Positions 8,609-18,150 of a stretch of DNA of 64,000 bases are shown one piece after another (positions within the stretch are counted from its first letter, which is position 1; the number at the start of each line of letters is the position of its first letter). Source of the stretch: a virus. The notes under the pieces are model-generated. The model did no database searches and was not told the DNA's origin. It worked only from the letters and a program-made list of their open reading frames with translations. The stretch is from the IMG/VR virus record IMGVR_UViG_3300021057_000011, positions 35,726 to 99,725 of that record. One strand, written 5' to 3'. Both the position numbers and the translations under genes were made by a program.

Positions 8609-9933
8609 CCGAGCCTCGCATAGACCTGTTTGCGCTTGGCGCCCATCTTGATCAGCATGATGTTGCCGGTGTCGGTCAGATCCACCACCAGCGGCGTTTT
8701 CTTGTTGGGCGCGACCCGAGACACGCGGCCGAGAACCTGCTCGACCAGGCCGTGCGAGGAAAAGGGTGAACCGAAAATCGCGGTGTCGAGCTCGGGCAAA
8801 TCCAGTCCCTGCTTCACAATTTGCAGCTGACCGAAAATCAGGGGCTTCTCATAGGCCTCCTCATACTCCCAGGGCTTCATCCCGCCGCGAAGAAACCCAT
8901 AATCCACGGGACCCCAGGCGGCTTCCACGAGCTCCACGAGACGCTCGACATGGGCATGGCGCTCGACAATCACCAGAATCTTTCGCCCGGCCAGCAGACA
9001 TTTCCGAATCACATCCGCCAGAACATCATTGCGACCCGCATCCAGAGCCATTTCGGTTTTGGTCTTGACCAGGTCCAACTCGCCGCCGCGTTTGGTTTTG
9101 AGATAGGCCGTGCTGCGGTGGGAGAGATGGACCACCTCCGGCACAAGAATAATGCCGGCATCGACAAGCTCCTGGTGGCTGATGCGGTAGCTGATCTCAC
9201 CCGTACCATAGACCATCACGGGCTCGAGGCCGTCATCGCGTGGCGTGGCGGTCAACCCCGTCCGGCGCGCAGCCGGCAAAGGCCACAGAGCCTTTTGCCA
9301 TTCCATCGCGGCGATGCCGTGGCACTCGTCGGTGATGACATGGCCGACATCCTGCAGCTCGGGATACTCCTCCGGGGGTTTACCAGACAGGGTCTGAACC
9401 ATTGCCAGGGTGATGTCCCGCACGTCCCGCTTTTTGCCCTTGATCAGGCCCGGATCGTAGTCCATGAACTTCTGCATCCGCCGGCGCCACTGGTCGAGCA
9501 GCTGCTCGGTCTGGGTCAGAATCAGGGTCTTGACCGGAATCCGCTCGATCAGACCCAACCCCATGGTGGTCTTGCCCGAGCCGCAGGGCGAGCAGAGAAT
9601 CTGGTCGCCGGGGTTCCAGACGACATGGTTGATGCCCGAAAGCTGGAAGGCATGAAAGGTGATGTCCAGTCGCGGGGGCGCAATGGGAGCTCCCACGACC
9701 GTCCGGTCCTCAAGCCGGGCATAGGGGAGCAGGGACCGGATCGGGTAGTTTCGGGGCAGCCAGTACTCGTCCCCCATGCGGTGGATGTAGCTGAGCGTGG
9801 GCGGCGCGGTTCGTTGATGCGCCGCGGCCTTGTTCTCGACTTCGAAATGCGAGAGCATGCTGTCGGGCAACAGCTCGCAAGGGATACGGAGCACAGAATC
9901 CCGAAGAATCGTGTTAGAAAGGGTTCCAAGCAC
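8593..9933 (-). CDS. Superfamily 2 DNA helicase (UvsW/XPB-like)
   Basis: SPCGSGKT, ITDECH, GLTATP, QGLDLPELD and QVLGRVSR; GTG start after GGAGG. Confidence 0.92.
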   Translation of the reverse strand: MLGTLSNTILRDSVLRIPCELLPDSMLSHFEVENKAAAHQRTAPPTLSYIHRMGDEYWLPRNYPIRSLLPYARLEDRTVVGAPIAPPRLDITFHAFQLSGINHVVWNPGDQILCSPCGSGKTTMGLGLIERIPVKTLILTQTEQLLDQWRRRMQKFMDYDPGLIKGKKRDVRDITLAMVQTLSGKPPEEYPELQDVGHVITDECHGIAAMEWQKALWPLPAARRTGLTATPRDDGLEPVMVYGTGEISYRISHQELVDAGIILVPEVVHLSHRSTAYLKTKRGGELDLVKTKTEMALDAGRNDVLADVIRKCLLAGRKILVIVERHAHVERLVELVEAAWGPVDYGFLRGGMKPWEYEEAYEKPLIFGQLQIVKQGLDLPELDTAIFGSPFSSHGLVEQVLGRVSRVAPNKKTPLVVDLTDTGNIMLIKMGAKRKQVYARLGCQSR

Positions 9934-10900
9934 AAAGAGCCTCCAGTTGATGCATGCGGACATCCGCGATGTTGATCGCCAAATCCAGTTGGGCCCGGAT
10001 CTGGTAGTAGGGAGTTTCCCCGAAGTCTTTTTTGCCCGCCGCCATCGGCACGAAAAAGAGACGCAGGTTTTCGCTCTCGAGCGTGCGCAAGGCCGGACCG
10101 AAGGTGCAGTCGTAATAGTCCCCAGCGGGTTTCAGTTGCAGGCTGGCCCGCTGTCCTGCCAGGTCGTTGTCGAAGGCCAGGTACAGGGTGGTCACGCCCA
10201 TCTCACGCAAATCTCGCAACTTCAGCGGCGTGATCGAGAGGCCCAGCGCAGCAGCTGCAGGAAAGCCTGCATAGTGCACTGCCAGATAATCAAACGGACC
10301 TTCCACCAGCACGAGCGTGTCGGTGGCGGTGTGGTGGGTGAAGAGATGGGCATCTCCAAAGGTGCGGCCTTTGCCGGTGAGGTATTTTTGGACATAGTTC
10401 TTGCCGCTCCAAAACATCAGGGATTCGGATTCCGCGTGGTAGCGACAATCCATTGGCAACCGGCCGACCTCTCCCAGTCGCCGCGTGAGATAGTCGACGG
10501 CCGCCGGGTATTTGGAAATCGGCTCGCAAGCATCGAACAGGCGCTCGCCCATTTCCAGGGTTTCCTGCTCGGGCACGAGAAACTCGTTGAAGGGAATGTA
10601 GGAGGTCTCCGTCACATGCACGGCGGTCTCGGCAAAGCCCGTGTCCCGGACGCCGAGCTTCTTCCAGAACTCCCTGCCCGAAAGCCCGTGCCGGGGACGC
10701 CCCGCACTGTCGTGACCGAAGACACAGCCCCCGAAGCAGTAGAACAGGTGCTTGTGCACCGAGTACCGGGCGGACAGCCGGCGGCCGGAGTTGGCATGAA
10801 ACGGACAGGGAAAGGCGTACTGGGGATTGCTGCTGCCCTGGCCCTCCAGCTTCACGTTTAAGATGCCGGCGGCCGTCAGACGACTCAGGATATCATTCAC
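9914..10900 (-). CDS. dnaG: DnaG-type primase (CHC2 Zn finger + TOPRIM)
   Basis: CPFH...FYCFGGC Zn finger; LVEGPFD and AFDND TOPRIM motifs. Confidence 0.9.
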   Translation of the reverse strand: MNDILSRLTAAGILNVKLEGQGSSNPQYAFPCPFHANSGRRLSARYSVHKHLFYCFGGCVFGHDSAGRPRHGLSGREFWKKLGVRDTGFAETAVHVTETSYIPFNEFLVPEQETLEMGERLFDACEPISKYPAAVDYLTRRLGEVGRLPMDCRYHAESESLMFWSGKNYVQKYLTGKGRTFGDAHLFTHHTATDTLVLVEGPFDYLAVHYAGFPAAAALGLSITPLKLRDLREMGVTTLYLAFDNDLAGQRASLQLKPAGDYYDCTFGPALRTLESENLRLFFVPMAAGKKDFGETPYYQIRAQLDLAINIADVRMHQLEALCAWNPF

Positions 10901-11234
10901 GGTCCTTGAACCTCTCTAAGGCCAATTTGCGGATGCGTGGGGGGCATTCCCGCGGGCAGAAAATCACATCCGGCTTTTTCTTCATCCGCCCGACGCGATC
11001 GGGAATCCTGGCCGGGTGGCCCCCCATGTACAAAAACACGTTGTTGCGCAGCTGCAGCACGTAACACTCCGGGTGCGCGACCCGGGTCGGGAATAAATCC
11101 AGATCCACCAGGCGGTGGATGATGGTGCGGAACATGGTCTTGTTCCGACACACCACGACGATATTGAAACTGGCCGGGTCGGAGTACTTCCGGCAGATCC
11201 AGTACAAATCGTCGAGGGTGTCGGCCAGGGCCAT
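10893..11234 (-). CDS. Hypothetical protein
   Basis: Fills the gap between helicase and primase with tight junctions. Confidence 0.7.
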   Translation of the reverse strand: MALADTLDDLYWICRKYSDPASFNIVVVCRNKTMFRTIIHRLVDLDLFPTRVAHPECYVLQLRNNVFLYMGGHPARIPDRVGRMKKKPDVIFCPRECPPRIRKLALERFKDRE

Positions 11235-11236
11235 CG

Positions 11237-12571
11237 TCAGGACTGGTCCTCCCGCGACACGGCGAACAGGGGCATCCCATGCCCGTCGGTTTGCTCCATC
11301 CGTGCCTGCGTCTGCGACAGATCCGCCCGGTAGCCGAAGGCCATGCGCTCAAAGTCCCAGTCGCAGGTCCATTTCACCCGTCGCTGAAAGCCGTCGCGCA
11401 GCTTGATCGCCTCGATGCCCATAAAGGGCAGGTCCCCACCATCAGACACCAGACGCAAAACCACCGAAGCATCGTTGACATAGGTCGGGGAATTGGCCGC
11501 GGCGGTGGAGGAGCCCTTGGACCCTTCCTGGTTGGTGACGATGCCGGGGATGTTATTGAGCATCAGCGCGTCCTTGAACCCGCCGGTGAGCTCCCCTTGC
11601 TTCTCCCATTTGTAACCGCCGGCAAAGAGATAGCCCCCGTCGAGGCCGACGATGTCGGGCTTGATCGCCCGGATCTTGGCCTGCATCAGCTGGATGCCCC
11701 CGCTGTCGGAGCCCTGGTCGATATAGAAGGGAGACAGGTTGCCCGATGCCCGCTTGTGGGCCAGGTCCTGCAGGAAGGCGAAATACTCCGCTTCCTGGAT
11801 CGGATCGAGCTCGCTGCGGGCCAGGGCCCGGTACGGTAGGCCCGACATCAGAGCATCGAGGCGCAGACCCAGCTGCCGGATCGTCATTTCCTTGGTGAAG
11901 AGCAGGACCTTCTTCCCCATGCGGCTGGCGTGGACCAGGCACAGCAGCATCAGCCAGGTTTTTCCCAGGCCGGATTTGCCGAGAATCGTCACAAGATCGC
12001 CGCCCTGAAAACCGATGATCTGCTCGTTGAGCGGTTCCCAGGGTGTGGGGATGAAGGTCTTGCGGATGTACTCGGGATCCTTGCGCCGCTGGTAATCCTG
12101 GTCTCGGACCTGGATATTGGCCGTGACGTCATCCGTCTCGGACTTCGCCAGCGACAAGGCATACTGGCTGGTGAAGTCCATTACGAGCTTCTCGAGATCC
12201 GCGACCAGCATCTGCTGCTGCGGAATCGGAGCCGCCTTTGCCGCCTCATTTTTGTCGATGATTTCCTTGGCCAGCCCAAGAAGGGATTCCTTGCGCTTGC
12301 GATCCTTGACCCGGTCGCAGTAGAAGCGCAGGGTTTCTTTCGGCGCGGCATAGAAAAACCCGAAGCGGGCCTGAACGGTTTCCGGGTCCGGGACCTTACC
12401 GAACTGAACGTAGAAATTCTTGAGGAAGGTGAAAATATCGTCGTAGGGCTCCTTCAGCCAATTGGGCTCGATCTTTTCCTTAAGCGCGAGCGCGATATCG
12501 TTCTCGGCGATCAGGCTGCAGACGAAGCCCTTGTCGATATCAAGGGGTTGGACAGGCAGTTGCAGAGACAT
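11237..12571 (-). CDS. dnaB: DnaB-like (SF4) replicative helicase
   Basis: GKSGLGKT, FTKEMT, IVGLDG, NQE, DASVVL and IKLRDG. True start is MSLQL (TGATG overlap). Confidence 0.9.
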   Translation of the reverse strand: MSLQLPVQPLDIDKGFVCSLIAENDIALALKEKIEPNWLKEPYDDIFTFLKNFYVQFGKVPDPETVQARFGFFYAAPKETLRFYCDRVKDRKRKESLLGLAKEIIDKNEAAKAAPIPQQQMLVADLEKLVMDFTSQYALSLAKSETDDVTANIQVRDQDYQRRKDPEYIRKTFIPTPWEPLNEQIIGFQGGDLVTILGKSGLGKTWLMLLCLVHASRMGKKVLLFTKEMTIRQLGLRLDALMSGLPYRALARSELDPIQEAEYFAFLQDLAHKRASGNLSPFYIDQGSDSGGIQLMQAKIRAIKPDIVGLDGGYLFAGGYKWEKQGELTGGFKDALMLNNIPGIVTNQEGSKGSSTAAANSPTYVNDASVVLRLVSDGGDLPFMGIEAIKLRDGFQRRVKWTCDWDFERMAFGYRADLSQTQARMEQTDGHGMPLFAVSREDQS

Positions 12572-13005
12572 CAGTGCAGTAACTCCTCGAAAAGTGCTAG
12601 GGCCCGGGCCCATTTCGGGCTGGGCTTTTTGATTTTGGCCTTGACCTTGGTCACCAGCCGGCCGGCCCGGTGGGCGGCGGCCCAAACCGGATCGGCGGTA
12701 AAAAACACCACGCACTCGACCCGGCCGAGGTGGTAGCGCTCGCACACGAGAACCGTCGGTGCGATGTCCTCGAACAGCGTGGCGAGCTCGTAGGAGGTCA
12801 CCACGACAGTGTTCTGGTCGTAGAGCTTCGCCGCGTGCTCGAGGTTGTTGAGAGTGATCGGGTTCCAGCGGAAGGCATAGGGAGCGAGCCGGGGACATCT
12901 CCGCAGCAGCCAGCGCAGCAGCTTGGGGGTGTCCGTGTCGATGAAGAGACGGTAGTCCCAGGCCGCAGTGTGGCCGAAGTCGTTGGAGATGTCCCCGTGC
13001 TGCAT
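12571..13005 (-). CDS. Hypothetical protein (MQHGDISN...), coupled to the helicase
   Basis: TGATG overlaps at both ends. Confidence 0.75.
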   Translation of the reverse strand: MQHGDISNDFGHTAAWDYRLFIDTDTPKLLRWLLRRCPRLAPYAFRWNPITLNNLEHAAKLYDQNTVVVTSYELATLFEDIAPTVLVCERYHLGRVECVVFFTADPVWAAAHRAGRLVTKVKAKIKKPSPKWARALALFEELLH

Positions 13006-14345
13006 CAGGCGATGGCCGTCGCGCGGGTACGCTTGCCCTTCTTGTCCTGGCCCAGCAACCAACCGGCGACGTTTTCCTCGACATCGACCCGGAACTTGGG
13101 ATTGAGGTTCTGGGCGAGCTCGGTGACGTCGTAGACCAGGTCGTAGGCCCCGATCCGCTTTTCGTCCTCGAGCCCCTGCGGCACCCGCTTTTCGTAGATC
13201 GGCTCTTCGATGCTGCGGGCGAGGTCCTTGGGAATCCGGCCCAGGAACTGGTTGAGCACGGCCTGGGCTTCGTTCTTGTTGTAGAGCACCTCTTCGGTGA
13301 TCAGGGCGTGCATCCGGTCGATGATTTCGCCGCTGCCACCGTTGGCGAACCAACGGATGGCTTTGGCGATCAGGATGTGAATAGCGTCCTCGGGCACGTT
13401 GATGTTCTTCTGGTTGAAGAGCTCGACCGCGCCGATCAGATCGACCACCCCGTTGAGACACTGCACGCACGTCCAGCTCGGTGAGAACTTGGACTTGCAG
13501 TAGTCGTTCTCGGAGTTCTGGAAAAAGATGCCCGGCCGGTAGACATGCCGGTTGGGCAGAATTTTTTCCTCGGCGCCGCCGAGAATCAGACGGAAGCTCA
13601 TCATGTCGGCGGTGAGGTGGGCCTTGAGAACCTCATAACTACCGCCGCGCTCGGCCAGCTCCGACTTGAGGGCCTTGAGCAGCTGCAGCTGGGTCATCTG
13701 CTTTTTGTTGTGGGTCGTGATGCCCCGGACGATGTTTTCCCCGCCGACAGAAATCGTGCGCAGCGTCAGCGTCGGATTTTCCTTGAGCTTGTTCTCAAGG
13801 ATGTACTGGCGCATGAAGGCCTTCTGCTCGCTGTACCAGCCGGCGGGAATGTTGCCGGCGGACGTCAGCAGCTTGCTCTGCCCGAAGCTCGACAGCTTGT
13901 AGCCTTCGCCCCTGCAGATCAGCAGATCCACCGGCTGGCCATCGATGTCCCGGCTTTCGACCCGGACATCGTCGACATCGAAGGTCCGCTCGCGGGTATT
14001 GGCGTTGAGCTCCTCGGCCACGAGGATCATGTCGTCGAGGGTGGGATTCTGCCGCCCGTTGCCGTAGTAGGTCTGCAGCAGGTTGTTGCCGGTGAGAATA
14101 TCCACGGGCTTCAGGCCCGGTCGTACACTGGATGCCGGGGCCGGCACAGTATCGAGGAAGGCCGCGGACACCGGATCGAGAGCCGGGGCATCGAACGTGT
14201 CCGCCTCGATGACGACGTCGCCGCCCTCGAAGCTGCCGGCATCGAAATCGGCCGGGGCCTCGGTCGGTTCGGCGTAGCCCGTCTCGGGTGCGTCCAGGGT
14301 CGCGGTGGTATCGGTGAAGTGATCGGGATTGAAGGTAAAGGTCAT
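13005..14345 (-). CDS. DUF932-like protein with an acidic N-terminal arm
   Basis: GIFFQNSEND...CVQCLNG resembles DUF932/LGT-family phage proteins. Confidence 0.55.
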   Translation of the reverse strand: MTFTFNPDHFTDTTATLDAPETGYAEPTEAPADFDAGSFEGGDVVIEADTFDAPALDPVSAAFLDTVPAPASSVRPGLKPVDILTGNNLLQTYYGNGRQNPTLDDMILVAEELNANTRERTFDVDDVRVESRDIDGQPVDLLICRGEGYKLSSFGQSKLLTSAGNIPAGWYSEQKAFMRQYILENKLKENPTLTLRTISVGGENIVRGITTHNKKQMTQLQLLKALKSELAERGGSYEVLKAHLTADMMSFRLILGGAEEKILPNRHVYRPGIFFQNSENDYCKSKFSPSWTCVQCLNGVVDLIGAVELFNQKNINVPEDAIHILIAKAIRWFANGGSGEIIDRMHALITEEVLYNKNEAQAVLNQFLGRIPKDLARSIEEPIYEKRVPQGLEDEKRIGAYDLVYDVTELAQNLNPKFRVDVEENVAGWLLGQDKKGKRTRATAIA

Positions 14346-14400
14346 GGGCAAAGATTCCTTTTCAATGTTTTTTTGTGTGGGTCAGGGTAAAAGCCAGAGA

Positions 14401-15054
14401 CTAGCGACTGTGACCACCTCCCATCAGTTTTTTCATCACGGCTTCTTTGGCCCGCGGCCGGTAATCGACCTCGGGCAGTTCCACCGTCACGTTCAACGCA
14501 AGGATCTCGTCCAGAAGAGAAGCGCCCAGCGCACTCTCGAGCTCGGCGTGGGTGGCGGAGGTGACGAAGAAGGTGATTTTTCCGTTTTGACGCCGGCGCT
14601 TGAGCACATAGGCGACCAGCTCCGAAAGCGGCCGGGCCTTGGCTCGTGAGGCATCGAGCAGCCGGGGAAAATCGTCCAGGATCAGGACCGAGCAGGTCAG
14701 CAGATGCTGCACCCGTTCTGTCTGTGCCTCGGAGCTGTACTGAAAAACGGTTTCCGCCACGGCATCGAGATCGACGCATTCCGGCTGCAGCGCGTAGGTC
14801 GCGCACAGATGCTTGGCGATGATCGACACCAGGGTGGTTTTCCCCGATCCCGGGATGCCCGTGATGGTCAGGCCCGTCTGCGTTGGGATCATGTCGGTGA
14901 AATTCTGGACGTAGGCCCGCGCGACACGCTGGGTCAGTTTATCCTCCAAGCTCTCGAAATCGAACTTCAACAGATCGAGCCGAAAGCCGTGCTGAGTCAG
15001 GGCGTTGTACACCCACGGGGGCGTTGGGTCGGTCATGGTTTCCTCCGTAGTCAT
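14401..15054 (-). CDS. DnaC/IstB-like AAA+ helicase loader
   Basis: GIPGSGKTT, VLILDD and RRQNGKITFFVT; directly downstream of the initiator. Confidence 0.88.
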   Translation of the reverse strand: MTTEETMTDPTPPWVYNALTQHGFRLDLLKFDFESLEDKLTQRVARAYVQNFTDMIPTQTGLTITGIPGSGKTTLVSIIAKHLCATYALQPECVDLDAVAETVFQYSSEAQTERVQHLLTCSVLILDDFPRLLDASRAKARPLSELVAYVLKRRRQNGKITFFVTSATHAELESALGASLLDEILALNVTVELPEVDYRPRAKEAVMKKLMGGGHSR

Positions 15055-16112
15055 GGGGTTTCAAAATCCTCCAACGAAAAATCCGCTCGCAACACGCGAA
15101 CCGGTCCCCTCGTCCCCGTCCGCGTCGGGTGACGGGTTTCCAGTTCCGCGGCGACATGGGTGACCATCTGCACCAGGCCACCCAGGGTCGGCAAATCCCA
15201 GCTCAGCCGCTCCATGCACTTGAGGGTCTTGAACTGGGTGATCCAGAACGTCACCAGAGCCCGGGAACGGACCACATCGCCCTGGTAGGCGGCCAGAAGG
15301 ACTTTGGCCTTACCGACCTCAGCCCCGCGGCTGGAAGCGGCCTTTACGGGCAAATGGGGGTAAGTCTCGAGAAAGACCTGGTAATAATGCTGAACCAGCT
15401 CGGCCGCCGGGCTGGGGGGGCGGCCGGTTCGGGGGGGCTTTTTAGCGGCCGCATTCGAATGCTTGACCAGAGCGGCTTCTTCCGCCTGTTTGATTCGGGC
15501 CAATTTATCAGCGGCGGAGGGTTTTTGACCAGACGGAGAGGGAGAGTAGCCAGGTGAGTCTTCAGCCGCTCTTTTTTGCTCTTCTTCCAAAGGGAGAGGA
15601 TACCGAAACCCTTCTCCCTCTTCCTGGTTTTTCTCCTGGTCCGACTTTTCTGCTGCAGAAGAAGAATACGTAGTATTCTTCTTCTTTTCTTTTAGTAATT
15701 GTTTATTAGACTGTGTATGGTCTGCCGACAGTCGGTTTTTCCCGCGTGTGGGTAAATCATACACACGGCTCGACCCGCATGAATCCTGGGGTTTAGGCTT
15801 CGGGGGTTTCAAAACCCATTTTTTTCCGCAAAACTGCTTTGTTTCCGGGTGTAGCTTGTTCTTGATTTCGAGCAAGTCGGCGTCTTTGAGTTCCTTGGTG
15901 GCCTTCCGCACCAGATGGTCGCTGCCTAAAAAGCTCTCGAGCACCTTCCGCTTGATTTCCCAACGGGAAATATTGGAGTTGAGATAGCCATACAGGGCTC
16001 TGGCTGCCAGGCTCAAATCATCTCGCATAAAGATGACGCGAGGCGTCATGACGAAACCTTCAGAGCCGCAGCCGGATTCGTTTTCTAGTTCAATGCTTTC
16101 GTCATTCGCCAT
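15051..16112 (-). CDS. Phage replication initiator (lambda O/DnaD-like layout)
   Basis: N-terminal wHTH (DDLSLAARALYGYLNS), disordered linker and helical C-terminal domain; paired with DnaC. Confidence 0.75.
   Translation of the reverse strand: MANDESIELENESGCGSEGFVMTPRVIFMRDDLSLAARALYGYLNSNISRWEIKRKVLESFLGSDHLVRKATKELKDADLLEIKNKLHPETKQFCGKKWVLKPPKPKPQDSCGSSRVYDLPTRGKNRLSADHTQSNKQLLKEKKKNTTYSSSAAEKSDQEKNQEEGEGFRYPLPLEEEQKRAAEDSPGYSPSPSGQKPSAADKLARIKQAEEAALVKHSNAAAKKPPRTGRPPSPAAELVQHYYQVFLETYPHLPVKAASSRGAEVGKAKVLLAAYQGDVVRSRALVTFWITQFKTLKCMERLSWDLPTLGGLVQMVTHVAAELETRHPTRTGTRGPVRVLRADFSLEDFETP
15657..15720. other. Candidate replication origin inside the initiator gene
   Basis: Perfect 13-bp inverted repeat AGAAGAAGAATAC-gta-GTATTCTTCTTCT (15657-15685) followed by an AT-rich tract. 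Confidence 0.4.
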
Positions 16113-16114
16113 CG

Positions 16115-17332
16115 TTATGTCTCCATCAGGGTTTTAAAAGTGATTTGCTCGGTCTGTCGATCGCTGGTCGAGGGCTGGACCCTATAGATCCGCAGCGGCG
16201 TGTGCGGCGCGAGGGTATCCGCCAGCACAGCGACCCTCGCCACGTCGCGCCAGATAGGCCTAGAAGCGTCTTTGACCACCCGGGAGGGGACAGATATCTT
16301 CGGGGTGAACGGCACCCCTTCTGAGCCCTCCCAGAGGCCCAATTGAAGGCGGCAGGTTTCGCCCTGGTTTTCGAAGTGCAGCAGCAGGAAGGTGTACCAG
16401 CGGGTGCCGGGGGAAAGGGCGGCCCCGTGGGAGTAGATGTAGGGCTTCTGATCGCAGTGGCGAAAGACCAGGGTCTGGCCCGGAGCCCCTTCCTTGGGGC
16501 ACTCCGTCGCCGGCCGCAGGCCGATGGATTCGGCAATCGCCGGCAGGAGCTTCTTGCGGGCGCTCCAGCGGTGGCGGGAGTAGTCCTGCCCCCAGTACAG
16601 GACATCGGCCAGGGTCCAGGCCGGGGTGTCGGTGTAGGGGTCTGTCGAGTGGACAGTAAAGACCAGGCCGAAGTCCCGTTTGACCTTGCGCAGCTGGCTC
16701 AAAAAGGCGGCATGGCGAACGCTGGGTAATTCTGTCTTGATCCACTGCTTGCGGCTGTGGGGAACCTGCTTGAGGCTGTAGCCGTAGAAGGTGTTGTTGA
16801 GCTTGTAGAGCAGCCAGATCGTAAAGGGCCCGCTGTGGCGGTAGACCAGGTCGAAGTCCTTGCTGGTCAGCAATTTGTACTGGGCGGCAGTGGAAGCTCG
16901 CCAGAGTGGCCGGAGCCAGGGGACCGGCAGGCATTTCAAATACTTCTCGAGCAGGGTGTAGAGCCCGGTGAGGTCGGTGGCGAACTTGGGCCCGCCGTTG
17001 CGGAGGTTGAAGGAGTAGGGAAAACTTTCGTTCACCGGCATCACCCAGCTGGTGTGCGCGCTGTAGTGCTCATTATGCGGGTCGGTGGTGTAGCGGTAGT
17101 TCCGCAGGGAGGTGGGGTGGGTATGGATCTTGGTGAAGCAGAGCTCGGCGATGGCGAGCAGGTTCTTCAGGGGCAGCTGCTTCCAAAAAGCGGCGGGAAG
17201 GTGGCAGGGGGTTCCCCCGGATTTGAACAGGACCGTGGCCAGGCCCCAATCGGTCAAGGCCCGCTTGGCTTGAACCATGCCAGCGGCACAAAAGGTGTGA
17301 AATTTCCAGATACGTCGGTCGCGCGCGCCCAT
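16115..17332 (-). CDS. Hypothetical basic protein (405 aa)
   Basis: Long ORF in operon orientation; no recognised motif. Confidence 0.75.
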   Translation of the reverse strand: MGARDRRIWKFHTFCAAGMVQAKRALTDWGLATVLFKSGGTPCHLPAAFWKQLPLKNLLAIAELCFTKIHTHPTSLRNYRYTTDPHNEHYSAHTSWVMPVNESFPYSFNLRNGGPKFATDLTGLYTLLEKYLKCLPVPWLRPLWRASTAAQYKLLTSKDFDLVYRHSGPFTIWLLYKLNNTFYGYSLKQVPHSRKQWIKTELPSVRHAAFLSQLRKVKRDFGLVFTVHSTDPYTDTPAWTLADVLYWGQDYSRHRWSARKKLLPAIAESIGLRPATECPKEGAPGQTLVFRHCDQKPYIYSHGAALSPGTRWYTFLLLHFENQGETCRLQLGLWEGSEGVPFTPKISVPSRVVKDASRPIWRDVARVAVLADTLAPHTPLRIYRVQPSTSDRQTEQITFKTLMET

Positions 17333-17337
17333 GAGAA

Positions 17338-17436
17338 GGTGACCATGCCAGAGAGGATGGTGAGACCTGTGATAGCTAAGTAGCTACGGGGTAGACCGAT
17401 GTGACCTGCAAGCAGATCTGAGACCAGAGGGTGACC
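17338..17436. repeat. Six copies of a 7-bp motif ending in GACC (GGTGACC/TGAGACC/GTAGACC/TGTGACC)
   Basis: GACC cores at 17341, 17364, 17394, 17403, 17422 and 17433, in the intergenic region upstream of the replication operon. Confidence 0.45.
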
Positions 17437-17499
17437 CAATCAGCAAAGCATGCCCTTTAGGCTAAGTCAATACCCTCGTTCAACCCTATAGGGTGGAGC

Positions 17500-18150
17500 C
17501 TATGCTTTACGATTTGCGGCAGCCTCCGGTGACACAAATGTGTATCCTTCGAGCTCCTGGTCTGTGTCGAGGTATGTTTTAGCCAGTATCCTATGGCTCG
17601 TAAATCCCAAATATTTTTTGGCAGCTTTAAATGTGTGGAAGGCGCCTACGAGTTCAGAACCTTTATACACAACAACTGGCTTGAAATTTTTTGAATAGTT
17701 TCCGTACCATGTGGTTACCCGAATGTTATCTAGACTATATCCTTTGGAATCATCTAGGCGATCTAGGCTAGGTTTGAAATTTCTGTTTTTATCTCCATCT
17801 AGCCAAGTCGTGTAGATCTTCAGATATACCGGATCGTTCAGGTACCGGTCTATTAGTTCTGCCAAGGTATATGTTGGTGGAGGATGTCCCCTTCTTTTAC
17901 TATTTATTACTTGAGCGCTGAACAACATATGCAAGATTCCTTTCGGAGTCTCCTCCCACTTTTCACCATAGCCCAGCTCCTTAACCGTGTTACCAAGGGG
18001 AAGTTCGTTGGTGCACGTCGGGGGGTATTTGACTGAGGGGTCCTCGCCGTACCTTGCTACTTGCCTCAGCCAAGCATTTCTTCGTCGTGTCTCATTTCGT
18101 TTGATTTGTGCTGCTATGACTAGTTGATCGCGACCCTTATCATCCGACAT
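17500..18150 (-). CDS. His-Me finger (HNH-like) free-standing endonuclease with a NUMOD-like C-terminus
   Basis: PSLDRLDDSKGYSLDNIRVTTWYGN motif; C-terminal KPVVVY...FHTFKAAKKYLG; markedly AT-richer than its flanks. Confidence 0.75.
   Translation of the reverse strand: MSDDKGRDQLVIAAQIKRNETRRRNAWLRQVARYGEDPSVKYPPTCTNELPLGNTVKELGYGEKWEETPKGILHMLFSAQVINSKRRGHPPPTYTLAELIDRYLNDPVYLKIYTTWLDGDKNRNFKPSLDRLDDSKGYSLDNIRVTTWYGNYSKNFKPVVVYKGSELVGAFHTFKAAKKYLGFTSHRILAKTYLDTDQELEGYTFVSPEAAANRKA

Noticed and set aside
11237-13470. ORF-track N-terminal extensions (615-aa DnaB, 299-aa neighbour, 721-aa PolA, 978-aa and 876-aa tail proteins)
   Set aside because: Downstream starts with SDs and TGATG/ATGA overlaps explain the gene packing; the extensions overlap other genes and are low-complexity.
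17466-17500. GTCAATACCC... resembling an IS200/IS605/IscB element end
   Set aside because: No TnpA, TnpB or IscB is present and the adjacent gene is a His-Me endonuclease; the match is too short.
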